Origin: Desulfobacteraceae bacterium UBA2174
GTDB taxonomy: Bacteria; Desulfobacterota; Desulfobacteria; Desulfobacterales; UBA2174
DNA length: 64,000 nt
Direction of reading: 5' to 3'
NCBI GenBank assembly: GCA_002327445.1
Contig: DCWA01000023.1
Location: 71,132 to 135,131, forward strand
The translations under genes and the position numbers were made by a program. Shown piece by piece: positions 38,228 to 47,400 of this stretch (positions are counted from its first letter, which is position 1; each line of letters opens with the position of its first letter). The notes under the pieces were generated by a model. It searched no databases, had not been told where the DNA came from, and saw only the letters and a program-made list of their open reading frames with translations.

Positions 38228-38255
38228 TTGACCCTTCCGGGCCCGTGGTTATATT
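38228..38255 (+). promoter_or_regulatory. Candidate promoter of clpB (TTGACC-N16-TATATT; contains TTGACC-N10-CGTGGTTAT)
   Basis: It has near-consensus -35/-10 spacing, 180 nt upstream of the clpB ATG. The bipartite motif is identical to the one upstream of hsp20. Confidence 0.4.
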
Positions 38256-38435
38256 CGCAGCACATAAATTTAAAATGCGTTTTCGGCAGGTTACACAGAT
38301 TCCAGGCGCTCGGCGGCTTGCGCCGTGGCGCTTCTGGCGGCCCGCGAATCGGCCCGGATGCGGCGGTTCGGAGCGTTGAGGGATCGCGGGCGGGAAAATC
38401 ATCCTGCAAACCGAAAACCCATCAAAGGAGAACCG

Positions 38436-41015
38436 ATGCGTTTCGACAAATTCACCATCAAGTCCCAGGAACTGATCCGCGACGCCCAGTCGCTCACCGC
38501 CCGTTACGGCAACCAACAAATCGAACCCGAGCACCTGCTGGCCGCCATGCTCGAAGACAAGCAGGGCATCGCCCGCTCCCTGCTCCGCAAGCTCGGCGCC
38601 TCACCCGAGGGGGTGGCCAACGAGATCATCGCCGCCATCGACCGGCTACCCAAGGTCAGCGGCGGTATGGAGCCCTACATTTCCCCGCGCACCAAGCCGG
38701 TCCTCGAGGCGGCCTTCACCGAAGCCGAACAGATGAAGGACGAGTACGTCAGCATCGAGCACGTGCTGCTGGCCATCGCCGACGAAAAGGGCGGGATGGC
38801 CGCCGGCATCCTCGGCCGCTACGGCGTGACGCGGGAGGCGATCCTGAAGGCGCTGCTGGAAATCCGCGGCACCCAGCGCATCACCGACCCCAACCCCGAG
38901 GACAAGTACCAGGCCCTGGAGAAGTTCAGCCGTGACCTCACCGAGCTGGCCCGGCGCGACAAGCTCGATCCGGTGATCGGACGCGACGACGAGATCCGGC
39001 GCATCGTCCAGGTCCTCTCCCGGCGCACCAAGAACAACCCGGTACTCATCGGCGAGCCCGGGGTAGGCAAGACGGCCATCGTCGAGGGCCTGGCCCAGCG
39101 CATCGTGGCCGGCGACGTGCCCGAATCTCTGAAAAACCGCCGCCTGGTGGCCCTGGACATGGGAGCGCTCATCGCCGGGGCCAAGTACCGCGGCGAATTC
39201 GAAGACCGGCTCAAGGCCGTTCTGAAGGAAGTCGAAGGGGCCGAGGGCGACATCATCATGTTCATCGACGAGCTGCACACCCTGGTGGGCGCCGGCAAGG
39301 CCGAGGGTGCCATGGATGCCGCCAACCTGCTCAAGCCGGCCCTGGCCCGGGGGACCCTGCGCTGCGTGGGGGCCACCACCCTGGACGAGTACCGCAAACA
39401 CATCGAGAAGGACTCGGCCCTGGAGCGGCGCTTCCAGCCCGTGATGGTACGCGAGCCCAGCGTGGAGGACACCATCTCGATCCTGCGCGGCCTGAAGGAG
39501 AAGTACGAAGTGCACCACGGGGTGCGCATCAAGGATTCGGCCATCGTGGCCGCCGCCACCCTGTCCGAACGTTACATCACCGACCGGTTCCTGCCGGACA
39601 AGGCCATCGACCTCATCGACGAATGCGCCTCGAAGCTGCGCATCGAGATCGACAGCCTGCCCACCGAGATCGACGAGATCCAGCGCCGCATCACCCAGCT
39701 GGAGATCGAACGGGAGGCGTTGAAGAAAGAGACCGACCCGGCATCGGCGGAACGGCTGGAAAAACTGGAGGAAGAACTGGCCCAGCTTGGCGGTGAAGTC
39801 AACGCGATGAAGGCCCGCTGGCAGAACGAGAAGGAGACCATCGGCCAAATCCGGGCCATCAAGGAGCAGCTCGAGCAGCTCGGTCTGGAGGCCCAGAAAG
39901 CGGAACGGGAGGGGGATCTGGCCAAGGTGGCCGAGATCCGCTACGGCCGGACCACCGAGCTGAACCGCCAACTGGAGGCGGCCAAAAACCGGCTCAAGGA
40001 GATGCAGCAGGACAGCCAGATGCTCAAGGAGGAGGTGGACAGCGAGGATGTCGCCGAGGTGATCTCCCGCTGGACCGGCATCCCGGTGGCCAAGATGCTC
40101 GAAGGGGAGCGCGAAAAGCTCGTGCACCTGGAAGAGCACCTCGGTCGGCGGGTGGTGGGCCAGGAGGAGGCCATCACCGCGGTGGCCAACGCCGTGCGCC
40201 GGGCCCGCTCCGGCCTCCAGGACCCCAATCGGCCCATCGGCTCGTTCATCTTCATGGGTCCCACCGGGGTGGGCAAGACCGAGCTGGCCAAGGCCCTGGC
40301 CGAGTTCCTCTTTGACACCGAGCAGGCCATGATCCGCATCGATATGAGCGAATACATGGAAAAACACGCCGTCTCGCGGCTCATCGGGGCCCCGCCGGGC
40401 TACGTGGGCTACGACGAGGGCGGCTACCTGACCGAGTCGGTGCGCCGGCGGCCCTACAGCGTGGTGCTTTTCGACGAGATCGAAAAGGCCCACCCGGACG
40501 TGTTCAACGTGCTGCTCCAGATCCTCGACGACGGCCGCATGACTGACGGTCACGGTCGCACGGTGGACTTCAAGAACACCATCGTGATCATGACGAGCAA
40601 CGTGGGCAGCCAGTTCATCCAAGAGCTGGGGGCCACCAACCGGGAGGAGATGATCCGGCGCGTCACCGAGGTGCTGCGGGCCACCTTCAAGCCCGAGTTC
40701 CTCAACCGCATCGACGAAACGATCATCTTCCAGAACCTCACCGCGGACCAGATCGGGGCCATCGTAGACATCCAGATTCATCGCCTCGACCAGCGCCTCG
40801 GCGAACAGAACCTGGAGCTGATCCTCTCGGGCAGCGCGCGCCGGTTCCTGGCCGAACGCGGCTACGACCCGGTCTACGGGGCCCGTCCCCTGCGCCGGGC
40901 CATCCAGCAGCACATCGAGAACCCGCTGGCCCTGGCCCTGCTGGAAGGCCGGATCATGCCGGGCGCCAAGATCTCGGCCGAGGTGGAGGACGACCGGATC
41001 GTGTTCCGCGGTTGA
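38436..41015 (+). CDS. clpB: ATP-dependent chaperone ClpB
   Basis: Internal ATG of ORF 38325..41015, with AAGGAG upstream, giving 859 aa. It has a Clp N-domain, two AAA modules ([15 protein letters not shown] and [15 protein letters not shown]) and a long coiled-coil middle domain. Confidence 0.95.
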   Translation: MRFDKFTIKSQELIRDAQSLTARYGNQQIEPEHLLAAMLEDKQGIARSLLRKLGASPEGVANEIIAAIDRLPKVSGGMEPYISPRTKPVLEAAFTEAEQMKDEYVSIEHVLLAIADEKGGMAAGILGRYGVTREAILKALLEIRGTQRITDPNPEDKYQALEKFSRDLTELARRDKLDPVIGRDDEIRRIVQVLSRRTKNNPVLIGEPGVGKTAIVEGLAQRIVAGDVPESLKNRRLVALDMGALIAGAKYRGEFEDRLKAVLKEVEGAEGDIIMFIDELHTLVGAGKAEGAMDAANLLKPALARGTLRCVGATTLDEYRKHIEKDSALERRFQPVMVREPSVEDTISILRGLKEKYEVHHGVRIKDSAIVAAATLSERYITDRFLPDKAIDLIDECASKLRIEIDSLPTEIDEIQRRITQLEIEREALKKETDPASAERLEKLEEELAQLGGEVNAMKARWQNEKETIGQIRAIKEQLEQLGLEAQKAEREGDLAKVAEIRYGRTTELNRQLEAAKNRLKEMQQDSQMLKEEVDSEDVAEVISRWTGIPVAKMLEGEREKLVHLEEHLGRRVVGQEEAITAVANAVRRARSGLQDPNRPIGSFIFMGPTGVGKTELAKALAEFLFDTEQAMIRIDMSEYMEKHAVSRLIGAPPGYVGYDEGGYLTESVRRRPYSVVLFDEIEKAHPDVFNVLLQILDDGRMTDGHGRTVDFKNTIVIMTSNVGSQFIQELGATNREEMIRRVTEVLRATFKPEFLNRIDETIIFQNLTADQIGAIVDIQIHRLDQRLGEQNLELILSGSARRFLAERGYDPVYGARPLRRAIQQHIENPLALALLEGRIMPGAKISAEVEDDRIVFRG

Positions 41016-41019
41016 TCTG

Positions 41020-41709
41020 CGCTGTTCGGTCAACGCGGGCAAATCGTTGGTGCCCTTGGCAGGCCGGTTTTCCGGTCTTCCAAGGGCGCCAACACTCTCA
41101 CGATGTGCGCGATATTGTCCAAGTCGGCGACCTGGAGACCTTCGAGCGTTTTCTGGCGCTTGTGCGCCGGCCGCAACGGCGCCCTGCTCAACCCGAGCGC
41201 CTTGGTGGCCGACTGCGGTATCTCCCATACCACGGATCTCGATTCTGGAAACGAGCTTCCTGATTTTGCTGCTGCGGCCCCACCATCGCAATTTCAACAA
41301 ACGCCTGGTCAAATCACCCAAACTCTACTTTTTGGACACCGGGCTGTTGTGCTACTTGCTGCACATCCGACGGACCGAAGCACTCCTCCTGCATGCCTCC
41401 CGCGGGGCGGTGTTCGAAAGCTTCGTGATTGCCGAACTCTACAAGCGGCGATTGAACCAGGCCGTTGCCCCCGACCTCTACTTCTGGCGCGATTTCACCG
41501 GCCACGAGGTCGACCTGATCTTCGACCAAGGGCCAGCATCGAAGGGCATCGAAATCAAATCCGGCATGACCGTTGCCCGCGATTTCTTCGCCCATCTGGA
41601 TTACTGGCGCCGCCTCCACGATCATCCGCCGCCCGCGGCGCTGATCTACGGCGGTGACCGCATGTTTTTCCAGCACGATACCGGCGTTTATCCCTGGTGG
41701 GCTTTTTGA
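41020..41709 (+). pseudogene. Remnant of a DUF4143-type AAA ATPase gene: N-terminal ATPase domain missing, at least two frameshifts
   Basis: Three frames are needed: ...HDVRDIVQVGDLETFERF / LRLCAGRNGALLNPSALVADCGISHTT / ILETSFLILLLRPHHRNFNKRLVKSPKLYFLDTGLL...WRDFTGHEVDLIF. It starts immediately after the clpB stop, with no Walker A region. Confidence 0.65.
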
Positions 41710-41728
41710 TCGAATGGAACAACCCCTG

Positions 41729-41932
41729 TCAGCGTTTCTTCCCCTTCGGAGGGTCTGGTTTTTCAGGCTCCGGCGGCGACGGGGCGGCCACCGTAGTGGC
41801 CACCGTGTGGTAGACGTTCTGGAAGACCTCGGGAAACGCCGAGGGAGACAACCGCCCGGTTTCGATGAATTTGACCACGATTTCCTTGGCGGCCTTGAGG
41901 ATCTGTTCGTCCATCGATGCCATGACCATCAT
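41729..41932 (-). CDS. Small protein resembling only the N-terminal domain of MucR/Ros-family regulators (no zinc finger)
   Basis: ORF track, 67 aa. DEQILKAAKEIVVKFIETGRLSPSAFPEVFQNVYHTVATTVAAPSPPEPEKPDPP parallels the MucR N-terminal oligomerisation region as I remember it. It ends before any CxxC...H...H segment. Confidence 0.4.
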   Translation of the reverse strand: MMVMASMDEQILKAAKEIVVKFIETGRLSPSAFPEVFQNVYHTVATTVAAPSPPEPEKPDPPKGKKR

Positions 41933-42165
41933 CCTCGCCAGCTTGGCAGGCAGCCGCCCCGAATCCGGCTGCTTGCAGTTTCTTGTCGGCCCCGGAGGCG
42001 CGGCGCCGGAATCCGTCCCCGCAGACGGGCCTCGGGAGCGCGGGGACGCAACGGATTTTGCAACGGCGCAGGTCGAACCCGTTGCGACGGGTCCACGATC
42101 CGTATCAGAGTCAGTCGCGAGCCGTCAAGACGGGCTGCCCGGCCTGAAGCGGCCTCCGGGCGCGT

Positions 42166-42194
42166 TTGACACGAAAGCATTAATTCTCTATTTA
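42166..42194 (+). promoter_or_regulatory. Candidate sigma70-type promoter
   Basis: TTGACA-N17-TATTTA, about 100 nt upstream of the 42297 ATG. Confidence 0.35.
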
Positions 42195-42296
42195 TGGTGC
42201 CGCTTCCGCGCCGTCGCTGCAGGCCGCCTCCTGCCCGGAACGGTTTGCAGGACGTGCTCATTCCCGGGCCCTCGTAGGCCATGAAAGGAAATCGCC

Positions 42297-43250
42297 ATGG
42301 GTCGATGTCTGCGCCAAGGGCCGGTTCTGGCGGCAGTTCTTGTCTGGATCGCCGTCTCAACGGGCTGCGGCACGCTGCAGCGCTCCTATACCGCGGTGAT
42401 GGAAGGGGGCCACCAGGCGTTGCGCTGGTACAAGTCGGCCGACGACGATCTGATCAAGAGAGTCGGGGTCCATCGGGTGATCAACCGCAGCGGGTATGCC
42501 TCGACGACGTTCGAAACCGCACAGACCGGGCGCCTGCTCGACCGGCTGCAGGCGGAAAGCCAGGGCCTGATCTTCATCGGCCCTGATGCGGCGGCGGCTC
42601 CCGAGCTGCTCACAAGGTTGCCCCGCACCCCGCAAGGCGCCATCAACAACCTCGAACTGGCCCTGGCGGCGCGCAAGGCCGGGCTCAACGCCGTGGCGGT
42701 GGCCAGCCTCATCGATGTGCGGGACCGACGCCGGGAGGAAGGACTGTGGTGGTTCAAGGACGTCTATGACGATATCGAGGCAACGATCAACCTCGAGTTG
42801 TTCGACAGCGAGACGGCCGCCAAGATCATAGACGAGCGCTTCATCCACCACTTCGAAGCCGACATGCCGCTGGCCATGGCTGGTCAGCCGCCCGCCACGG
42901 ACCTGCCCACCCAGGTGATCGAGGAGATCGAAGAAAAGGTCTGGCCCGCCATCGCCCGCCGGATCGTCGACGAGATGGTGATCATCCCCTGGGTGGGGTT
43001 CATCCAGGAAGTCTCGGCCGGCAACGTCACCTTCAAGGCCGGATCTGAAGCCGGCCTTGAACCCGGAGACGTGCTCGATGTCTTCGATGCCGGCCGCGTA
43101 ATCCAGGGCCAGGGCGGCTCGCGGTTTCTCGCGCCCGGCATCAAAATAGGCGAAATAGAGGTATCGGACACCGCCGGCCGCCTCTCCGCCCGCATTCTCT
43201 CCGGCACGCAAATCTCTGCCGGCTGCATGGTAAAACTCAAAACGGACTAA
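42297..43250 (+). CDS. Probable exported protein or lipoprotein, unknown function
   Basis: ORF track, 317 aa. The N-terminal hydrophobic leader ends in VSTGC. No family recognised. Confidence 0.65.
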   Translation: MGRCLRQGPVLAAVLVWIAVSTGCGTLQRSYTAVMEGGHQALRWYKSADDDLIKRVGVHRVINRSGYASTTFETAQTGRLLDRLQAESQGLIFIGPDAAAAPELLTRLPRTPQGAINNLELALAARKAGLNAVAVASLIDVRDRRREEGLWWFKDVYDDIEATINLELFDSETAAKIIDERFIHHFEADMPLAMAGQPPATDLPTQVIEEIEEKVWPAIARRIVDEMVIIPWVGFIQEVSAGNVTFKAGSEAGLEPGDVLDVFDAGRVIQGQGGSRFLAPGIKIGEIEVSDTAGRLSARILSGTQISAGCMVKLKTD

Positions 43251-44122
43251 GCGGTTTCCTTCTCCAATCCACGATGGAACGAACGGATGATGCGCGCCGT
43301 CTCGCCGGGTCGTTCCATGGGGATGAGGTGCCCGGCATCGGGCACGCGCAGGAAGGTCCCCCGCGGAAACGCCGAGGCCGCCTTCTCCAGGTCGATGTGG
43401 CCCCGGTTTCCGCTTTTTCCCCCCTCCACCACCAGCACCGGGCAAGCCACCCGCGCCAACAGGGGCCAGGGATCCAGGTGCACGCCACCCATGAACAGGG
43501 ATGCCTCCCGCCGCGGGTGGCAGGCCAGCTCCAGTCCTCCGCTCGGGGCGGCCACCATGCCGTGGCGCACGTAGAGATCGAGCATCTCCTCGTCCCAGTC
43601 GGCAAAAAGGGACTTGCCGCGCAAATAGGCCTTGGCCTCGTCGGCATCGGACCAGTGGTTGCGGCGGCGGATCGACTTGCTCGCCAGCGGATGCTGGGCC
43701 ACGTCGATCCGGAATCGATAGAGCTCGCGGGGCAAAAAGATCGGCTCGATCAGCACGAGGCCGGACGCCAGGCCGGGATCGGCCGCCGCGGCGAGGGTCG
43801 CCACGGTGCCGCCCATGGAGTGGCCGGCCATCAGGGGCGCCTCCAGGTGCAGCCGTTGGCAGAACAGGCGCAGGTCCTCGGCGAGCTGGCGCCAGCGCAG
43901 ACCGCCATCCTCGGGAGCCGCGTCGCGATGATCGCAAAAATAGGGCGCCAGGACGGTAAACTCCCCTGCCAGCGCCCGGGCGATGGGGTGCCAGAGCCAG
44001 GGCAGGAATCCGGTGGCGTGCAGCAACACCAAAGGCGGTCCGTCGCCGCGGTACAAGAGGTATTGAATCTCGGCGTCGCCGATGTTCACGGTGCTGTTTT
44101 CGGGTTTCAAGTCCTGTTTCAT
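43247..44122 (-). CDS. Alpha/beta hydrolase
   Basis: Internal ATG of ORF 43247..44650, giving 291 aa. Motifs: LVLLHATGF, nucleophile elbow GHSMGG, C-terminal DAGHLIPMERP. The long N-terminal extension in the track covers a repeat hairpin. Confidence 0.8.
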   Translation of the reverse strand: MKQDLKPENSTVNIGDAEIQYLLYRGDGPPLVLLHATGFLPWLWHPIARALAGEFTVLAPYFCDHRDAAPEDGGLRWRQLAEDLRLFCQRLHLEAPLMAGHSMGGTVATLAAAADPGLASGLVLIEPIFLPRELYRFRIDVAQHPLASKSIRRRNHWSDADEAKAYLRGKSLFADWDEEMLDLYVRHGMVAAPSGGLELACHPRREASLFMGGVHLDPWPLLARVACPVLVVEGGKSGNRGHIDLEKAASAFPRGTFLRVPDAGHLIPMERPGETARIIRSFHRGLEKETA

Positions 44123-44245
44123 CTGAAGCGGGCTCCTCGTCTGGGTTTTGAGCTTCCGGAAACGATGCCCGGCAAGATAGCAACGATTGGCGACCGGGGC
44201 AAACGGTCGCTCCCCCTCGGGCGTCCATTTTTTACCGTGAAAATA

Positions 44246-44313
44246 CACCCCCCTCACCCTGACCCTCTCCCCCCCACCGGGTGGAGAGGGAATGATTTTC
44301 ATGAGTGGGGGTG
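44246..44313. repeat. REP-like nested imperfect hairpin
   Basis: The inner stem is ccctctcc (44263..44270) / ggagaggg (44283..44290). The outer imperfect stem is cacccccctcac / gagtgggggtg. Confidence 0.6.
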
Positions 44314-44459
44314 ACCAAATCCCGGTCATGATGGTTTGGACTTGAAAAATCATCCCGACGGTTGAAGAATACCGGCGAGGCGAACCAGGCCGGCGGCGAT
44401 CCGCATCCCATCCCGGCAGTCGCCGTGAAACCTTTTGACCCCCGTGAAGAGGCACCGCG

Positions 44460-47400
44460 ATGAAAGTCTTGGGCATCTGCCTGGGCGCGTCCACCGTCAC
44501 CGCCGTCTCCCTCGAAGGCGACGTGGCAACCCCTTGCGTCATCGACCGCCAGATCCGTCCCCATGACGGCAACCCCCGCCGAACCTTGCTGGACGTCCTG
44601 GATGCCATCTCACCCGAGGGCTTCGACCGCATTGCCGTCACCGGCCGCAAATTTCGCCACTACGTCAACCTGACCACCATCGCCGAACCGGAAGCCGTGG
44701 AACATGCCTACGCCTTCGCCAGGCCACCCGACCGCCTCTGCCCGGCCATCGTTTCGGCCGGCGGCGAAACCTTCATGGTCTACGTGCTGGACGCCCATGG
44801 GCGTGTCGGCAACGTGATCACCGGCAACAAGTGCGCCTCCGGCACCGGCGAGTTCTTCCTCCAGCAACTGCGGCGCATGAACGTCACCCTGGAAGAGGCG
44901 GCCCAGTGGGCCGTGGACGAAGTCCCCCATCCGGTCTCGGGGCGCTGTTCGGTCTTCTGTAAGTCCGACTGCACTCACGCCACCAACAAGGGCGTGCCCA
45001 AATCGCAGGTCACCGCCGGCCTGTGCAAGATGATGGCCGAGAAGATCCTCGAGCTGCTCAAGCGGATTCCCCGGCGTGACATCATGGTGGTCGGAGGGGC
45101 ATCCCGCAACCGGATGATGATCGCCCACCTCCAGCGCGCCATCGAGAACCTGATCGTGCCGGACACGGCCCCGTGCTTTGAAGCCCTGGGAGCCGCGCTC
45201 TGGGCCCTGGCGCATGAGACCCGCCCCTGGCCGGGCACCACGGCGCTGCTCCACACCGAAACCTCGGCCTTCGACCGGCTGCCGCCCCTGAAGAACGCCG
45301 CCGACCTGGTGACCTTCCGAACCTTACACCGCGACCGGGTGCGCACCGGCGACCGCTGCATCCTCGGCCTCGACGTGGGCTCCACCACCACCAAGGCAAT
45401 CTTGATGCGCTGGAGCGACAAGGCCCTGTGCGCCGACGTCTACCTGCGCACCGGCGGCGATCCGGTGGGCGCCTCGCGGCGCTGCTACCGGGCGATTTGG
45501 GAGCAAATAGCCGCCCAGGCCGATCCCCGCACCGTAGCCATCGCCGGCCTGGGGGCCTGCGGCTCCGGCCGCCAGATTGCCGGCTTGCACGCCATGACCG
45601 AGGGGATCGTCAACGAGATCATCGCCCACGCCACCGCCGCGGTGCATTTCGATCCGGCGGTGGACACCCTTTTTGAAATCGGCGGCCAGGACGCCAAGTA
45701 CACTTACATCACCAACGGCGTCCCGTCAGATTACGCCATGAACGAGGCCTGTTCGGCCGGCACCGGGTCATTTCTGGAGGAATCGGCCAAGGAAACCCTG
45801 GGCATCGAGATGACCGAGATCGCCGACATCGCCCTGACCGGCACCGATCCGCCCAACTTCAACGACCAGTGCGCCGCCTTCATCGCCTCGGACATCAAGA
45901 ACGCCGTCCACGAGGGGCTGTCGCGGGAAAACATCGTCGCCGGCCTCGTCTATTCCATTTGCATGAACTACACCAACCGGGTCAAGGGCAACCGGCCCGT
46001 GGGGCAGCGGGTCTTCATGCAGGGCGGGGTCTGCTATAACCGGGCCGTTCCCATGGCCATGGCGGCCCTGACCGGCAAACCCATCGTGGTGCCGCCGGAA
46101 CCGGGGCTGATGGGTGCCTTCGGGGTGGCGCTGGCCGTGGGCCAGCGCATCGAGGCCGGCCTGATGGCCGAGGCGCGTTTCGACCTGGAGCGCCTTGGCG
46201 ACCGGGAGGTGAGCTATGGCCGCAGCTTCGTCTGCCGGGGGGGCCGGGAAGGATGCGACCGCCGCTGCACCATCCACCGGGTGAAAATCGAAGGCCACGC
46301 CTACCCCTTCGGCGGGGCGTGCAACCGCTACGAAAACCTCCGGCGCCGGGTCCATCACGACCGGGCGCGCCTCGACTGGGTGAACCGGCGCCAGCGCCTC
46401 GTCTTCGAGACCTTCGCCCCGCAGAGGGAGTCGTCCAGCGGCCCCCGGCGCGGCCGCGTCGGCATCAACCGCAGCTTCTTCATTCACAGCCTCTACCCCC
46501 TGTACGCCCATTTCTTCGACCGGTTGGGGTTCGAGCCGGTGCTGGCCCAACGGCTCTCTGCCGAAGGCATCGACCGCCGCAACGCCCCCTTCTGCTACCC
46601 GGCGGAGCTGGCGCACGGCTATTTTCACGGTCTCGTCAGCGACATGGCCGATCTTGACTTCATCTTCCTTCCCCACCTGAAGTCGGTGCCGGCCATCGAC
46701 GAAAACAACAACTCCCAGCTCTGCCCCCTGAGCCAGGGGGAGACCTTCTATCTGCGCTCGGCCTTTCGGGAGGAACTCACCGGTCGCTCCCGGCGGGTGC
46801 TGGCCCCCTGCCTGGAAATGGCCCGCGGCTACCAGGAAGCCAGAGAGCCCCTGGTGAAAATGGCCGGAGAAATGGGGATCGGCCGGTGCGAAGCCAACCG
46901 GGCCCTGGACGTTGCCATCGAACGGCAGCAGGCGTGCCTGGAGGCCATCAAGGCCATGGGTCGCGATTTTCTCGCCGCCCTGCAAGAAAACCCCGACCGG
47001 CCGGCGGTGATCCTCTTCGGCCGCCCCTACAACGCCTTCGCGCCGGAAGCCCACATGGGCATCCCCGCCAAGCTCGCCAGCCGCGGGGTGGCGGTGCTGC
47101 CCTTCGACGCCCTTCCCTTGGCCGATCAGGAGGGCAAGGCGCACATGTACTGGGGCATGGGCGAGCAGATCCTCCGGGCCGCCCGCCTGGTGGCCGCCCA
47201 TCCGCGCCTCTACGGCACCTACATCACCAATTTTTCCTGCGGTCCCGACTCGTTCATCGTGGGCTACTTCCGGTCCATCATGGGGACCAAGCCGTCGTTG
47301 ACCCTCGAACTGGACAGCCACACGGCCGACGCCGGCATCGACACCCGCATCGAGGCGTTCCTGGATATCGTCGCCGCTCACCGGCAACTGGCCGAGGAGG

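Noticed and set aside
38211-38435. A search for CIRCE (TTAGCACTC-N9-GAGTGCTAA), HAIR or ROSE-type heat-shock control elements upstream of clpB, and upstream of hsp20 at 10469..10546.
   Set aside because: I saw no inverted repeat resembling these elements in either leader. Only the shared TTGACC-N10-CGTGGTTAT motif was found.
38646-41321. An 891-aa minus-strand ORF. Similar long ORFs lie at 45768..48425 (-), 42357..44228 (-), 35790..37745 (-), 22426..24540 (-), 16492..18516 (+), 1411..3342 (+), 152..1237 (+), 56957..58321 (-) and 15425..17188 (-).
   Set aside because: Each lies antisense to or out of frame with a gene that has clear family motifs (clpB, activase, hydrolases, SDR/HD, tkt, RACo, CoA-transferase/GNAT, cdhD, priA, uvrA). 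All have Arg/Gly/Pro/Ala-dominated sequences without motifs.
43247-44650. A 467-aa version of the alpha/beta hydrolase ORF.
   Set aside because: The 176-residue N-terminal extension is Arg/Pro/Gly-rich, crosses the REP-like hairpin and runs antisense into the activase gene start. Hydrolase similarity starts at the Met at 44122.
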